From positions 4,520 to 68,519 of the forward strand of contig JBKPAA010000060.1 in assembly GCA_046726215.1 (NCBI GenBank): 64,000 nucleotides of DNA. The letters are read 5' to 3'. How positions within the stretch are numbered: position 1 is the stretch's first letter; the number at the start of each line of letters is the position of its first letter. The translations under genes were made by a program, and so were the position numbers. The DNA is from Actinomycetota bacterium (lineage in GTDB: Bacteria > Actinomycetota > Acidimicrobiia > Acidimicrobiales > VFJN01). The notes under the pieces were generated by a model that worked only from the letters and a program-made list of their open reading frames with translations, had not been told where the DNA came from and did not search any database. This document shows positions 33,048-40,429 of this stretch, piece after piece.

Positions 33048-33248
33048 GGTCTGTCCTCCTCATGCCGGATGACCGCCATCCGGCACGGCGACGATGCGCC
33101 CTTGAAGACACGCCGTCCGTCGCACATGACGCAGCCGTCAGGTGTCGTTAGTCACGGACGAATGTCACGCCACCAATCGCCCGCGGCGTTGAACGAACCG
33201 CCTGGCCGGTCAACGAACCCCTGCCCCAGCCGGGTCCGTCGGAGGCGG

Positions 33249-33350
33249 TCGCCAAGGCTCCAACCGCCGCCTCGGAGGCGGTCACTGAACATGTCGCCCT
33301 CGCCGGGATCGCCAAGGCTCCAACCGCCGCCTCGGAGGCGGTCGCTGAAC
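33249..33350. repeat. 42-nt direct repeat, two copies with 60-nt period
   Basis: tcgccaaggctccaaccgccgcctcggaggcggtc(a/g)ctgaac occurs at 33249-33290 and 33309-33350. Each copy contains CCGCC...GGCGG hairpin potential. Confidence 0.85.
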
Positions 33351-33466
33351 GCTCCCATGGGGACCGCTCGGGGTGGGGACGGACCGGCCCCCGACACCAC
33401 GGGTTCGCGACTCCCCGCGGCCTGCCGGGGACCGGTCAACCACCGCAGTGGCGGAAGGAGACACAC

Positions 33467-33730
33467 ATGACTGACTTCGACCCGGTCGCCTTACGCCCCG
33501 ATCCCGGAGGGACAATGAAGACGATCCGCCAGTTTACGATCCGGGAGCTGCTCGAAGAGCTGCACTGGCGCATGACCTTCAGCGCGGCCGCGGCGAATGC
33601 GTACAACGGTGCCACGCTCCGCACGATCTGCCGGGGCTGCCTGAAGGTCATGCCCGAGTCACTCCTCGACACCGCCGGGGAGACGCCACAACGCGAGTCC
33701 GGCGTCACCACGACCACGGTCGAGTCGTAG
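33467..33730 (+). CDS. Small hypothetical protein
   Basis: A strong RBS GGAAGGAGA precedes ATG 33467. An alternative ATG at 33515 follows GGAGGG. I recognise no family. Confidence 0.5.
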   Translation: MTDFDPVALRPDPGGTMKTIRQFTIRELLEELHWRMTFSAAAANAYNGATLRTICRGCLKVMPESLLDTAGETPQRESGVTTTTVES

Positions 33731-33831
33731 CTACGGCTGCGGATCTGCTCTTCGTCTTCGTGGTTGTTAGCCGTCAGCGGCGCCGCACCGGGCTCTCTGA
33801 CCCCGCACCCCCTCTGACCTCGTGCCACTAA

Positions 33832-33960
33832 CAAGGGTCCTGGAATCTCGTGCTCGTCTGCACCCGACACCACCACCTGCTCCACCACCCCCGGTGGTAC
33901 GCCAAGCTCCTCCCCGACGCCACCCTGGAGATCACCGACCCCAAGGTCGTGTCCGCACCA
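33832..33960 (+). pseudogene. 3' remnant of an HNH endonuclease (DUF222/REP13E12-like family)
   Basis: The frame opens just after a TAA and reads GSWNLVLVCTRHHHLLHHPRWYAKLLPDATLEITDP. That matches the extreme C-terminus of HNH/DUF222 proteins. The rest of the gene is absent. Confidence 0.6.
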
Positions 33961-34139
33961 CCCCACCCAACCGCCCACCACCCCTGCCCCTCCGAGAATG
34001 AACCCCGGCCGCCATGCACACCGACGCACGCCCCGGACGAGCCACGACCACGGTCGATCGTTGTGACTACTGGCCCACCCGGCCGCCGATCCGTTCGCGG
34101 AGGAGGTCGGCGTGCCCGGTGTGCCGGCGGAGGAACCCG

Positions 34140-34784
34140 TCAGGCGCGCACGAGCAGCGCGACGAGCGCGAAGTGGCAGGCGTTGGCGCCGACGACGAGG
34201 GTGTGCCAGACCTCGTGGTAGCCGAAGATGGCGGGGTGAGGGTCGGGCCGCTTGCATGCGAGGACTATGGCGCCGACGGTGTAGAGCACGCCGCCCATGA
34301 CCAGGAGTGCCAGCTCCGGCCTTGCGAGTGAGTACACGAGCTGAGGTGTCGCGACGATCGCGAGCCAACCCAGCACCAGGTACATGACGAAGCCCACCCC
34401 GTGCCAGCGCTCGAGCCGCAGGACGGTAACGACCACACCGACTGCGGCGCCGGTCCAGGCCAGCGCGAGGAGCGTGATCCCCCAGGCCGGCCGCAGCGCC
34501 AGCAGGGTGACCGGTGTGTAGGTGCCGGCGATGAACACGAAGATCATCGAGTGGTCCAGGTGCTTCATGAGCCGGTGTGCGCGGACGGACCACCGGCCAC
34601 GGTGATAGGCCGCGCTCACGCCGTAGAGAGCCGTCAGCGTCGCCGCGAACACCATGGCGCCCACCCGGGCGGCGGTGGCCCGCGCAAGCCCCACAAGAGC
34701 GATCCCCGCTGGGATCGACACGAAGAATGCGACCTGGTGAAGCCGTCCCCGCAGGATCGGCCTGGCCACGTCCAGCGTACGCAT
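34140..34784 (-). CDS. Hemolysin III / PAQR family channel protein
   Basis: The blocks RPILRGRLHQVAFFVSIP, DHSMIFVFIAGTYTP and YHEVWHTLVV are present, with 7 TM segments. The start is taken at ATG 34784. Confidence 0.9.
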   Translation of the reverse strand: MRTLDVARPILRGRLHQVAFFVSIPAGIALVGLARATAARVGAMVFAATLTALYGVSAAYHRGRWSVRAHRLMKHLDHSMIFVFIAGTYTPVTLLALRPAWGITLLALAWTGAAVGVVVTVLRLERWHGVGFVMYLVLGWLAIVATPQLVYSLARPELALLVMGGVLYTVGAIVLACKRPDPHPAIFGYHEVWHTLVVGANACHFALVALLVRA

Positions 34785-34884
34785 CCGCAGCACTCTAGGC
34801 GGCCATCTGTGGCATGTGCTCGCGGGCGGCCGTCGTTGCTCCGTCCCGGCTGGAGGCCGAACGGCGACGGACATCCTGGCCTGG

Positions 34885-35397
34885 CTACTGACCTGCGCCG
34901 CCCTTGACGAGGCTGCCGTCCGGGGCCGCGGCAAACCACACGCCGCCGGAACCCTGTCCGTTGGTGTCGCCGGGGGCTGCGTCGCCGGCGAATCGATACA
35001 GCGGCCAGTCGCCGGCCTCGAGCTGGAAGGTGCCGTCGGAGCGTTCTACGACGCTGTACAGGTTGGGATCGAGTCCGGCCGGCAGGTCGGCGTCCTCGAC
35101 CGTGAGCGGCGGCCACGCGTCGGCGCAGGCGCCATCGCAGCTCGGGACGCCGTTGGTGTCGTCGGTCAGGCCGTAGAGCGTGAGACCATCTTCGTCCACG
35201 AGCACCGTTCCGAGCCCGGTGTCGGACTTACCGACCGGCGCAGCATCGGCCGACGGCGCGGCGGGGGCTCCCGCGTCCGAGGTGCCGGAACGCGACGAGG
35301 ATCCGTCGGAGCCATAGCCACCGCCACAGGCGGCCAACGCCAGCGCCGCAGCACCGATGCCGATGATCGCCCTTGCTCTGATCGCCCTTGTTCGCAT
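34885..35397 (-). CDS. Lipoprotein with COG4315-type secreted repeats
   Basis: The lipobox is LALAACGG. Two repeats of the type G..LVDEDGLTLYGLTDD...C.GACADAWPPL and ...WPLYRFAGD are present. Confidence 0.8.
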   Translation of the reverse strand: MRTRAIRARAIIGIGAAALALAACGGGYGSDGSSSRSGTSDAGAPAAPSADAAPVGKSDTGLGTVLVDEDGLTLYGLTDDTNGVPSCDGACADAWPPLTVEDADLPAGLDPNLYSVVERSDGTFQLEAGDWPLYRFAGDAAPGDTNGQGSGGVWFAAAPDGSLVKGGAGQ

Positions 35398-35532
35398 GTC
35401 GTTCTCCTTCGATCGAGATCACGCGGTTTGCCACCCTGTACGCCTCGCCCGCCCGGGTGGTTCGCGATCCGTCGGTCGCCGCGCGTAAACCGCGCGCCAC
35501 CCGGGCCCCGGCTACGGCAACATGGACGGCGC

Positions 35533-36078
35533 ATGGCGGGTCCCGACGAACGTGACCTCGCGGCCCGGCTCGCAGCCGGCGACGAGGCCGCGGTCCGAGC
35601 GATCTACGAACGGTACGCGGGACCCATCCTCACGGTGGCGATGGGCACGCTCGCGAAACGAGAGCTCGCCGACGAGGCGGTCCAGACCACCATGCTCAAG
35701 GCCTGGCGGGCCGCGGCGTCGTTCGACCCCTCCCGTGACCTCGCACCCTGGCTCTATTCCATCGCCCGCCGCGTCGCCATCGACATCTACCGCCGAGAGA
35801 AGCGGTTCGCGACACCCGACGAGCTCAGCGACGACCAGGTCGCCGTGGTCCCACTGTCGTTCGAGCGCACATGGGAGGCGTGGGAGGTGCGCACCGCGCT
35901 CGGCAGGCTCCCCCCCGATGAGCGCGAGGTCGTTCGGCTCGCGCACTTCGTCGGCATGACCCATGGCGAGATCGCCGAGCACCTGGGCGTGCCCATCGGA
36001 ACCGTGAAGTCCCGATCGAGCCGCGCCCACCGGCGATTGGCGGCACTGCTGGCCCACGTGGTCAGGGCGACGGAGTGA
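35533..36078 (+). CDS. ECF sigma factor
   Basis: The blocks are AVRAIYERYAGPILTVAMG...ADEAVQTTMLKAWRAAASFDPSRDLAPWLYSIARRVAIDIYRRE and region 4 LPPDEREVVRLAHFVGMTHGEIAEHLGVPIGTVKSRSSRAHRRL. Only the 3' 181 codons of the 420-codon ORF look coding. Confidence 0.9.
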   Translation: MAGPDERDLAARLAAGDEAAVRAIYERYAGPILTVAMGTLAKRELADEAVQTTMLKAWRAAASFDPSRDLAPWLYSIARRVAIDIYRREKRFATPDELSDDQVAVVPLSFERTWEAWEVRTALGRLPPDEREVVRLAHFVGMTHGEIAEHLGVPIGTVKSRSSRAHRRLAALLAHVVRATE

Positions 36079-36103
36079 CCTGCGTCATGCTTTCGCGAAC
36101 CAA

Positions 36104-36847
36104 GTGGTGTTCGATGGCGTATTGGACAGCGACGTCGATATTCGGACAACAGGTGCGATTGGTGTGAACGAGGACGAGTTCGCCGACTTCCTCGAGAACG
36201 AACGCCGCGCTGCCGGGCAGGGCGATGCGTCGAATCACGAGACCGCCGTTCGCTTCCGTGATCTGCTCGGCGACGACGCCGTGTGGGCCGAGCCGTCACC
36301 CACCGGCATCGACGACCTGCTGGCGGCCATCGAGGCGGAGTCCGGCGGGTCGGCGGAGCCCGGTGGACCGGCGGTTACCACGACCGGGCGGACTCGTGCC
36401 CCGACGCCGCACCCGGCTCGCAACCGCCGCCTCGTGCTCGTCGCCGCGGCTGCGGGGATCGTCGTGCTGGCCGGTCTCGTCGGCATCGTCGTGCGTGCGG
36501 CCGGCGACGACGATGGTCGCGACTTCTCCGTGGCCGGTACCGACCTCGCCCCCGACGCTTCGGCCGTGGCGACGGTGGAGGAAACGCGATCTGGCGTCTC
36601 CATCGAGCTCGACGTGCGCGGCCTTCCCCCCGCCGGACCCGGCACCTACTACCAGGCGTGGGTCAAGGGGCCCGATGGCCTCGTCACGGTGGGCACGTTC
36701 CACATGCACGACGGCGACGACAGCGTCGACCTGTGGTCCGGTGTGCCCCTCGACCGCTACCCGACGCTCACGGTCACCCTGCAGGACGAAGGTGCGGGCC
36801 AGGAGTCGTCGGGCCGTGTCGTGCTGACGGGCGACGTCGGCGGCTAG
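36104..36847 (+). CDS. Anti-sigma factor with an RskA-like extracytoplasmic domain
   Basis: It follows the sigma gene. It has a single TM (LVLVAAAAGIVVLAGLVGIVV) and the C-terminal block YYQAWVKGPDGLVTVGTF...TLTVTLQDEG. The start is uncertain. Confidence 0.7.
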   Translation: MVFDGVLDSDVDIRTTGAIGVNEDEFADFLENERRAAGQGDASNHETAVRFRDLLGDDAVWAEPSPTGIDDLLAAIEAESGGSAEPGGPAVTTTGRTRAPTPHPARNRRLVLVAAAAGIVVLAGLVGIVVRAAGDDDGRDFSVAGTDLAPDASAVATVEETRSGVSIELDVRGLPPAGPGTYYQAWVKGPDGLVTVGTFHMHDGDDSVDLWSGVPLDRYPTLTVTLQDEGAGQESSGRVVLTGDVGG

Positions 36848-36875
36848 TGCGACGTCGACCCCGTTCTCGTCCGCG

Positions 36876-37070
36876 TCACGCCGCCGACTCGATGGATGGA
36901 CCGGCGCGGTGGCCGGGGGCCGACCGGCGGGCGAAGCGCTGCTCGCCGCGGGCACCGCAGTAGCAACGCCAGTGGACGACGACGCCATCGTGGGTGTTGA
37001 CCAGGCCTTCGACGGCTCGTGAGGTGAGCAGGACTCGGCTGCGGTGTCGGGGGCAGTGGATGTCGAACAT
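36876..37070 (-). CDS. Small Cys-containing protein (MFDIHCP...WRCYCG), unknown function
   Basis: It has 64 codons from ATG 37070, with CP..H...C.C spacing suggestive of a small zinc-binding fold. The RBS is weak. Confidence 0.4.
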   Translation of the reverse strand: MFDIHCPRHRSRVLLTSRAVEGLVNTHDGVVVHWRCYCGARGEQRFARRSAPGHRAGPSIESAA

Positions 37071-37126
37071 GGCGTTCACCGTACGGGCAAAGTGGATCCT
37101 TGGTAAGGTCCAGTACAAACCCTTGT

Positions 37127-38545
37127 ATGCGTACCAGTTCCGCTGAAGTCCTCGTCGAGCTGGACCGTTCGCGGCCGCGCGCGCTGCGCGCGCAGGTCGA
37201 GGACGAGCTCCGCGACGCCATCCGATCGGGCCGCCTGACGCCCGGTACGCTGCTGCCGTCGACCCGGGCGCTGGCCACCGACCTGGGCGTCACCCGGGGC
37301 GTGATCGTCGCCGCCTACGACCAGCTGCTGGCGGAGGGCTACCTGGCATCTCGGCCCGGTTCGGGCACCGTCGTCAACGCCAGGTCCGAGGCGAAGTCGC
37401 CGGTCCGACGACCCGCACCCGACCAAGGACGGATCCGCGTCGACTTCCGCCCCGGGCTGCCCGACCTCGGGCTGTTTCCGAGGGCGGCGTGGCTGCGGGC
37501 CAGCCGCGCCGCCCTGCAGACGCTCCCGGACGAACTGCTCGGATACGCCGACCCCCGGGGCCTGCCGGAGCTCCGCGAGGCGTTGGCGGACTACCTCGGC
37601 CGCGTGCGCGGCGTGAGCACGACCGGCGACCGGGTGGTGATCTGCAACGGGTTCGGCCATGGGCTCGCCCTCGTGGTGCGTGCCCTCAAGGACACCGGAC
37701 GCGACCTCTTCGCGGTCGAGAATCCCGGTCACGACGGACCCCGTGCGGAGCTCGAGTGGTTGGGCGTGCGCTACCGCGGCGTTGCCGTGGACGCCGACGG
37801 GATCGTCGTGGATGACCTGCGGCGATCGGGGGCCCGCACGGTCGTGCTCACACCCGCCCACCAGTACCCCACGGGCGCGGTCCTCTCGGCGCAACGCCGT
37901 ACCGCCCTCGCAGCCTGGGCGCGCGACGTCGGCGGCTACGTCATCGAGGACGACTACGACGCCGAGTACCGCTACGACCGCCATCCCATCGGCGCCCTCC
38001 AAGGGGTCGCACCGGATCGGGTCATCTACAGCGGAACGCTGTCCAAGAGCCTCGTCCCGGGGCTGCGGCTCGGGTGGCTCGTCCTGCCCCCGCCCCTGCT
38101 GGAGCCGGTGGTTTCCGATCGCGAGGCCACCGACCACTCCACCTCCACGCTGGCGCAGGCGGCGTTCGCCAGGTTCCTCGCCGGCGGCGACCTCGACCGC
38201 CACCTGCGGCGCACTCGGCGCATCTACCGTCGGCGCCGCGACGCGCTGATCGCGGCGCTCGCCCATTGGTTCCCCGAGGCCATCCCGAGCGGCGTCGCCG
38301 CCGGGCTCCACCTCCTCGTGACCCTGCCCGCGGACCTCGACGAAGCGCTGGTCACCGAGCGGGCGCTTGCCGCCGGGGTGCGCGTCTACCCCCTCGGGCG
38401 GTATCGCACGGACCGTCGAGCTGACCGGCCCCCGGCCTTCGTCCTCGGGTACGGCACGCTGACACCTGCCGACATGGATGTGAGTGTGCGGCTGCTCGCC
38501 GAGGCGGCGACGAGCAGCCGCACTGCTGCCGGGGGACGTGGGTGA
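37127..38545 (+). CDS. MocR/PdxR-like regulator (GntR HTH fused to a fold-type I aminotransferase domain)
   Basis: It has an N-terminal GntR wHTH (LRAQVEDELRDAIRSGRLTPGTLLPSTRALATDLGVTRGVIVAAYDQLLAEGY) and a PLP-lysine region YSGTLSKSLVPGLRLGW. Confidence 0.9.
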   Translation: MRTSSAEVLVELDRSRPRALRAQVEDELRDAIRSGRLTPGTLLPSTRALATDLGVTRGVIVAAYDQLLAEGYLASRPGSGTVVNARSEAKSPVRRPAPDQGRIRVDFRPGLPDLGLFPRAAWLRASRAALQTLPDELLGYADPRGLPELREALADYLGRVRGVSTTGDRVVICNGFGHGLALVVRALKDTGRDLFAVENPGHDGPRAELEWLGVRYRGVAVDADGIVVDDLRRSGARTVVLTPAHQYPTGAVLSAQRRTALAAWARDVGGYVIEDDYDAEYRYDRHPIGALQGVAPDRVIYSGTLSKSLVPGLRLGWLVLPPPLLEPVVSDREATDHSTSTLAQAAFARFLAGGDLDRHLRRTRRIYRRRRDALIAALAHWFPEAIPSGVAAGLHLLVTLPADLDEALVTERALAAGVRVYPLGRYRTDRRADRPPAFVLGYGTLTPADMDVSVRLLAEAATSSRTAAGGRG

Positions 38546-38584
38546 CGGCGCCGCCGGCGGCGGCCATCGGGGCATTGTCAATCG

Positions 38585-39259
38585 TCAGCTCACCCGGTCG
38601 GGAGCGGGCGCAGCCCAGACGCCGGTGGCGGCCGTGTCACGGGCATACTCGGCGAAGTCCCGAGGCCGGCGACCCAGTGCCCGCTGGACGCCGTCGGTCA
38701 GGTAGGCGTTGCGGCCAAGAACTTCGCTGAACAGGTAGCTGAGGAACCCGACGAACTCCGCGGGGACCCCATGCTCGGCCGCTGCGGCGGCGTACTCCTC
38801 CACCGAGATCGGCACGTAGTGGATCGCGCGGAGGATCGGGCCCACCAGGTAGTCCTCGCTGAGGTTCTGCATGAACCACGCGCAGCGCACGACGGTGACG
38901 TCTGCCCCCGTGTCTTGCACCGAAAGCTCGGCGCGCTGGGCCTCCTATTCGCCCCGGCCGGACAGCAGCACGAGCCGCCTGACGCCCTGCTCCATCGCGA
39001 CGTCCGCGAACGAGCGGACCGCCTCGGGGGCGCCGGGGATGGCAAGGTCGGGGTAGTACGAGATGTACGCCGCACGCACACCGTCGAGCGCGCGGGGCCA
39101 CGTGGAGGGGTCCTCCCAGTCGAAGGGCGTGGGAGCCGAGCGGGAACCGATGCGTACCGGCACGCCGCGTGCCGCCAGCCGATCCGCGATGCGGCGGCCC
39201 GTCTTGCCGGTGCCACCCAACACGAGCGTCGGTTGGGTCGTCAGTGTGTGCTCCGTCAT
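38585..39259 (-). pseudogene. NmrA-like NAD(P)-binding protein interrupted by an in-frame TAG
   Basis: The N-terminal part reads MTEHTLTTQPTLVLGGTGKTGRRIADRL...RLVLLSGRGE, then TAG (38945-38947). The same frame continues EAQRAELSVQDTGADVTVVRCAWFMQNLSEDY...YLTDGVQRALGRRPRDFAEYA. The total is about 224 codons, shorter than I expect for this family. Confidence 0.7.
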
Positions 39260-39513
39260 CGCGACTCCTTGTCGTTGGTGGACGGCCTGGTGCCTCCCCA
39301 TTCCGGGTCGGGCCTCGGGCCCCCCGGGTCCGCTCCTGTTTCCCCCTGCTCCTGCAACCGCGTCAGGGCGTCGATGAAACCGAGCCAGCCGACGAACCTC
39401 TGCTCCGATCCCCGCTCGCTGCGGAGCAGCCCGCTTATCGGCTGGCGGCGCAGATGCAGCTCGAGCTGCACCCGGATCACGCCCTCCTCTCCGGCGCCGG
39501 CTCGATCGTCCAT
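39256..39513 (-). CDS. Small 85-aa protein, unknown function
   Basis: It lies between the sigma gene and the NmrA-like gene. Its stop overlaps the NmrA-like ATG (ATGA), with AAGGAG just upstream. It contains the motif VIRVQLELHLRRQPISGLLRSERGSEQRFVGWLGFIDALTRL. Confidence 0.5.
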   Translation of the reverse strand: MDDRAGAGEEGVIRVQLELHLRRQPISGLLRSERGSEQRFVGWLGFIDALTRLQEQGETGADPGGPRPDPEWGGTRPSTNDKESR

Positions 39514-39616
39514 CGTCAGAACGTACGCACCGCTCCCCGCCGCGGCGTCGGGGATTCCCCGATTTCGGACCCTGACATTTCCGGTCGCAGGGTCCTCGGG
39601 GAGTCGGCGGCGGGCC

Positions 39617-40333
39617 TCACCGCATCAGCGACACGAGTGAGTCGAGGTCACGGCGCTCGAACGCGTCGACGTGGCGGTCGAGGAGTGCCCGTTGTTTGTC
39701 GTCGATCGAGCCGCTCTCGTCGATCCGGCCAACCCGGGCCGCGAGGTTGGAGCGGGCCCGTAAGAGGGAGCTGTTGACGGCGGCAACGGTGGTGCCATGG
39801 AGCTCTGCGACCTCGGCCGCCTGCCACCGCAGGACGTCGCGCAGGATCAGCACGGAGCGCTGCCGGGGCGGGAGCCGGATCAGCGCCGCGGCGAGCGCGC
39901 GGCGCACCGCCTCGTTCTCGACGGCTCGCTCGGCCGGGTCGTCGCGTGCGGACCGGGCATGGCCGACGGGAACGGGCTCGAGCCAGGTGGCGTCCGGCTC
40001 CCCGCGGCGCCGGGTTCCGCCGGCCTCCGGCCACCTCGTGGGATCCGTCGGGCGCGCGCGTCGTTGCTTGGCGCGGCGCATGTCGAGGCACACGTTGGTG
40101 GCAATCCGACGCAGCCACGAACGCAGCGACGAACGCCCCTCGAAGTCGTCGAGGGCACGCCAGGCCCGCACGAGCGTCTCCTGCACTGCATCGTCGGCCT
40201 CGGACCAGGAGCCGAGCAGAACGCTGCAATGGGCGACCAACTCGTGTCGATGCTCTTCGAGACGGCGCATCGACCGGCGGCCGAGATCCATGTCGATCCC
40301 TGCCGGGCGATTCATCGCGTCGACCGTAAACAC
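39617..40333 (-). CDS. ECF sigma factor, SigG-type, second copy lacking the C-terminal SnoaL/NTF2-like domain
   Basis: The blocks are HRHELVAHCSVLLGSWSEADDAVQETLVRAWRALDDFEGRSSLRSWLRRIATNVC and LPPRQRSVLILRDVLRWQAAEVAELHGTTVAAVNSSLLRAR. The protein ends at ...VDAFERRDLDSLVSLMR*. The start is uncertain (several in-frame ATGs). Confidence 0.85.
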   Translation of the reverse strand: MFTVDAMNRPAGIDMDLGRRSMRRLEEHRHELVAHCSVLLGSWSEADDAVQETLVRAWRALDDFEGRSSLRSWLRRIATNVCLDMRRAKQRRARPTDPTRWPEAGGTRRRGEPDATWLEPVPVGHARSARDDPAERAVENEAVRRALAAALIRLPPRQRSVLILRDVLRWQAAEVAELHGTTVAAVNSSLLRARSNLAARVGRIDESGSIDDKQRALLDRHVDAFERRDLDSLVSLMR

Positions 40334-40429
40334 TGAGACCCGCCGGCGACATCGGGGAACTCCCTGATGTCGTCCCTGAACTCTGGCGGGCAGGCCCGCG
40401 TCCGGGAGATCGGCCGCCGCCGGACGGGG

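Noticed and set aside
34816-36078. A 420-aa ORF as a large sigma-fusion protein.
   Set aside because: Only the last 181 codons (from ATG 35533) show sigma-70 region 2/4 motifs. The upstream part is antisense to the well-supported lipoprotein gene 34885-35397 and is low-complexity.
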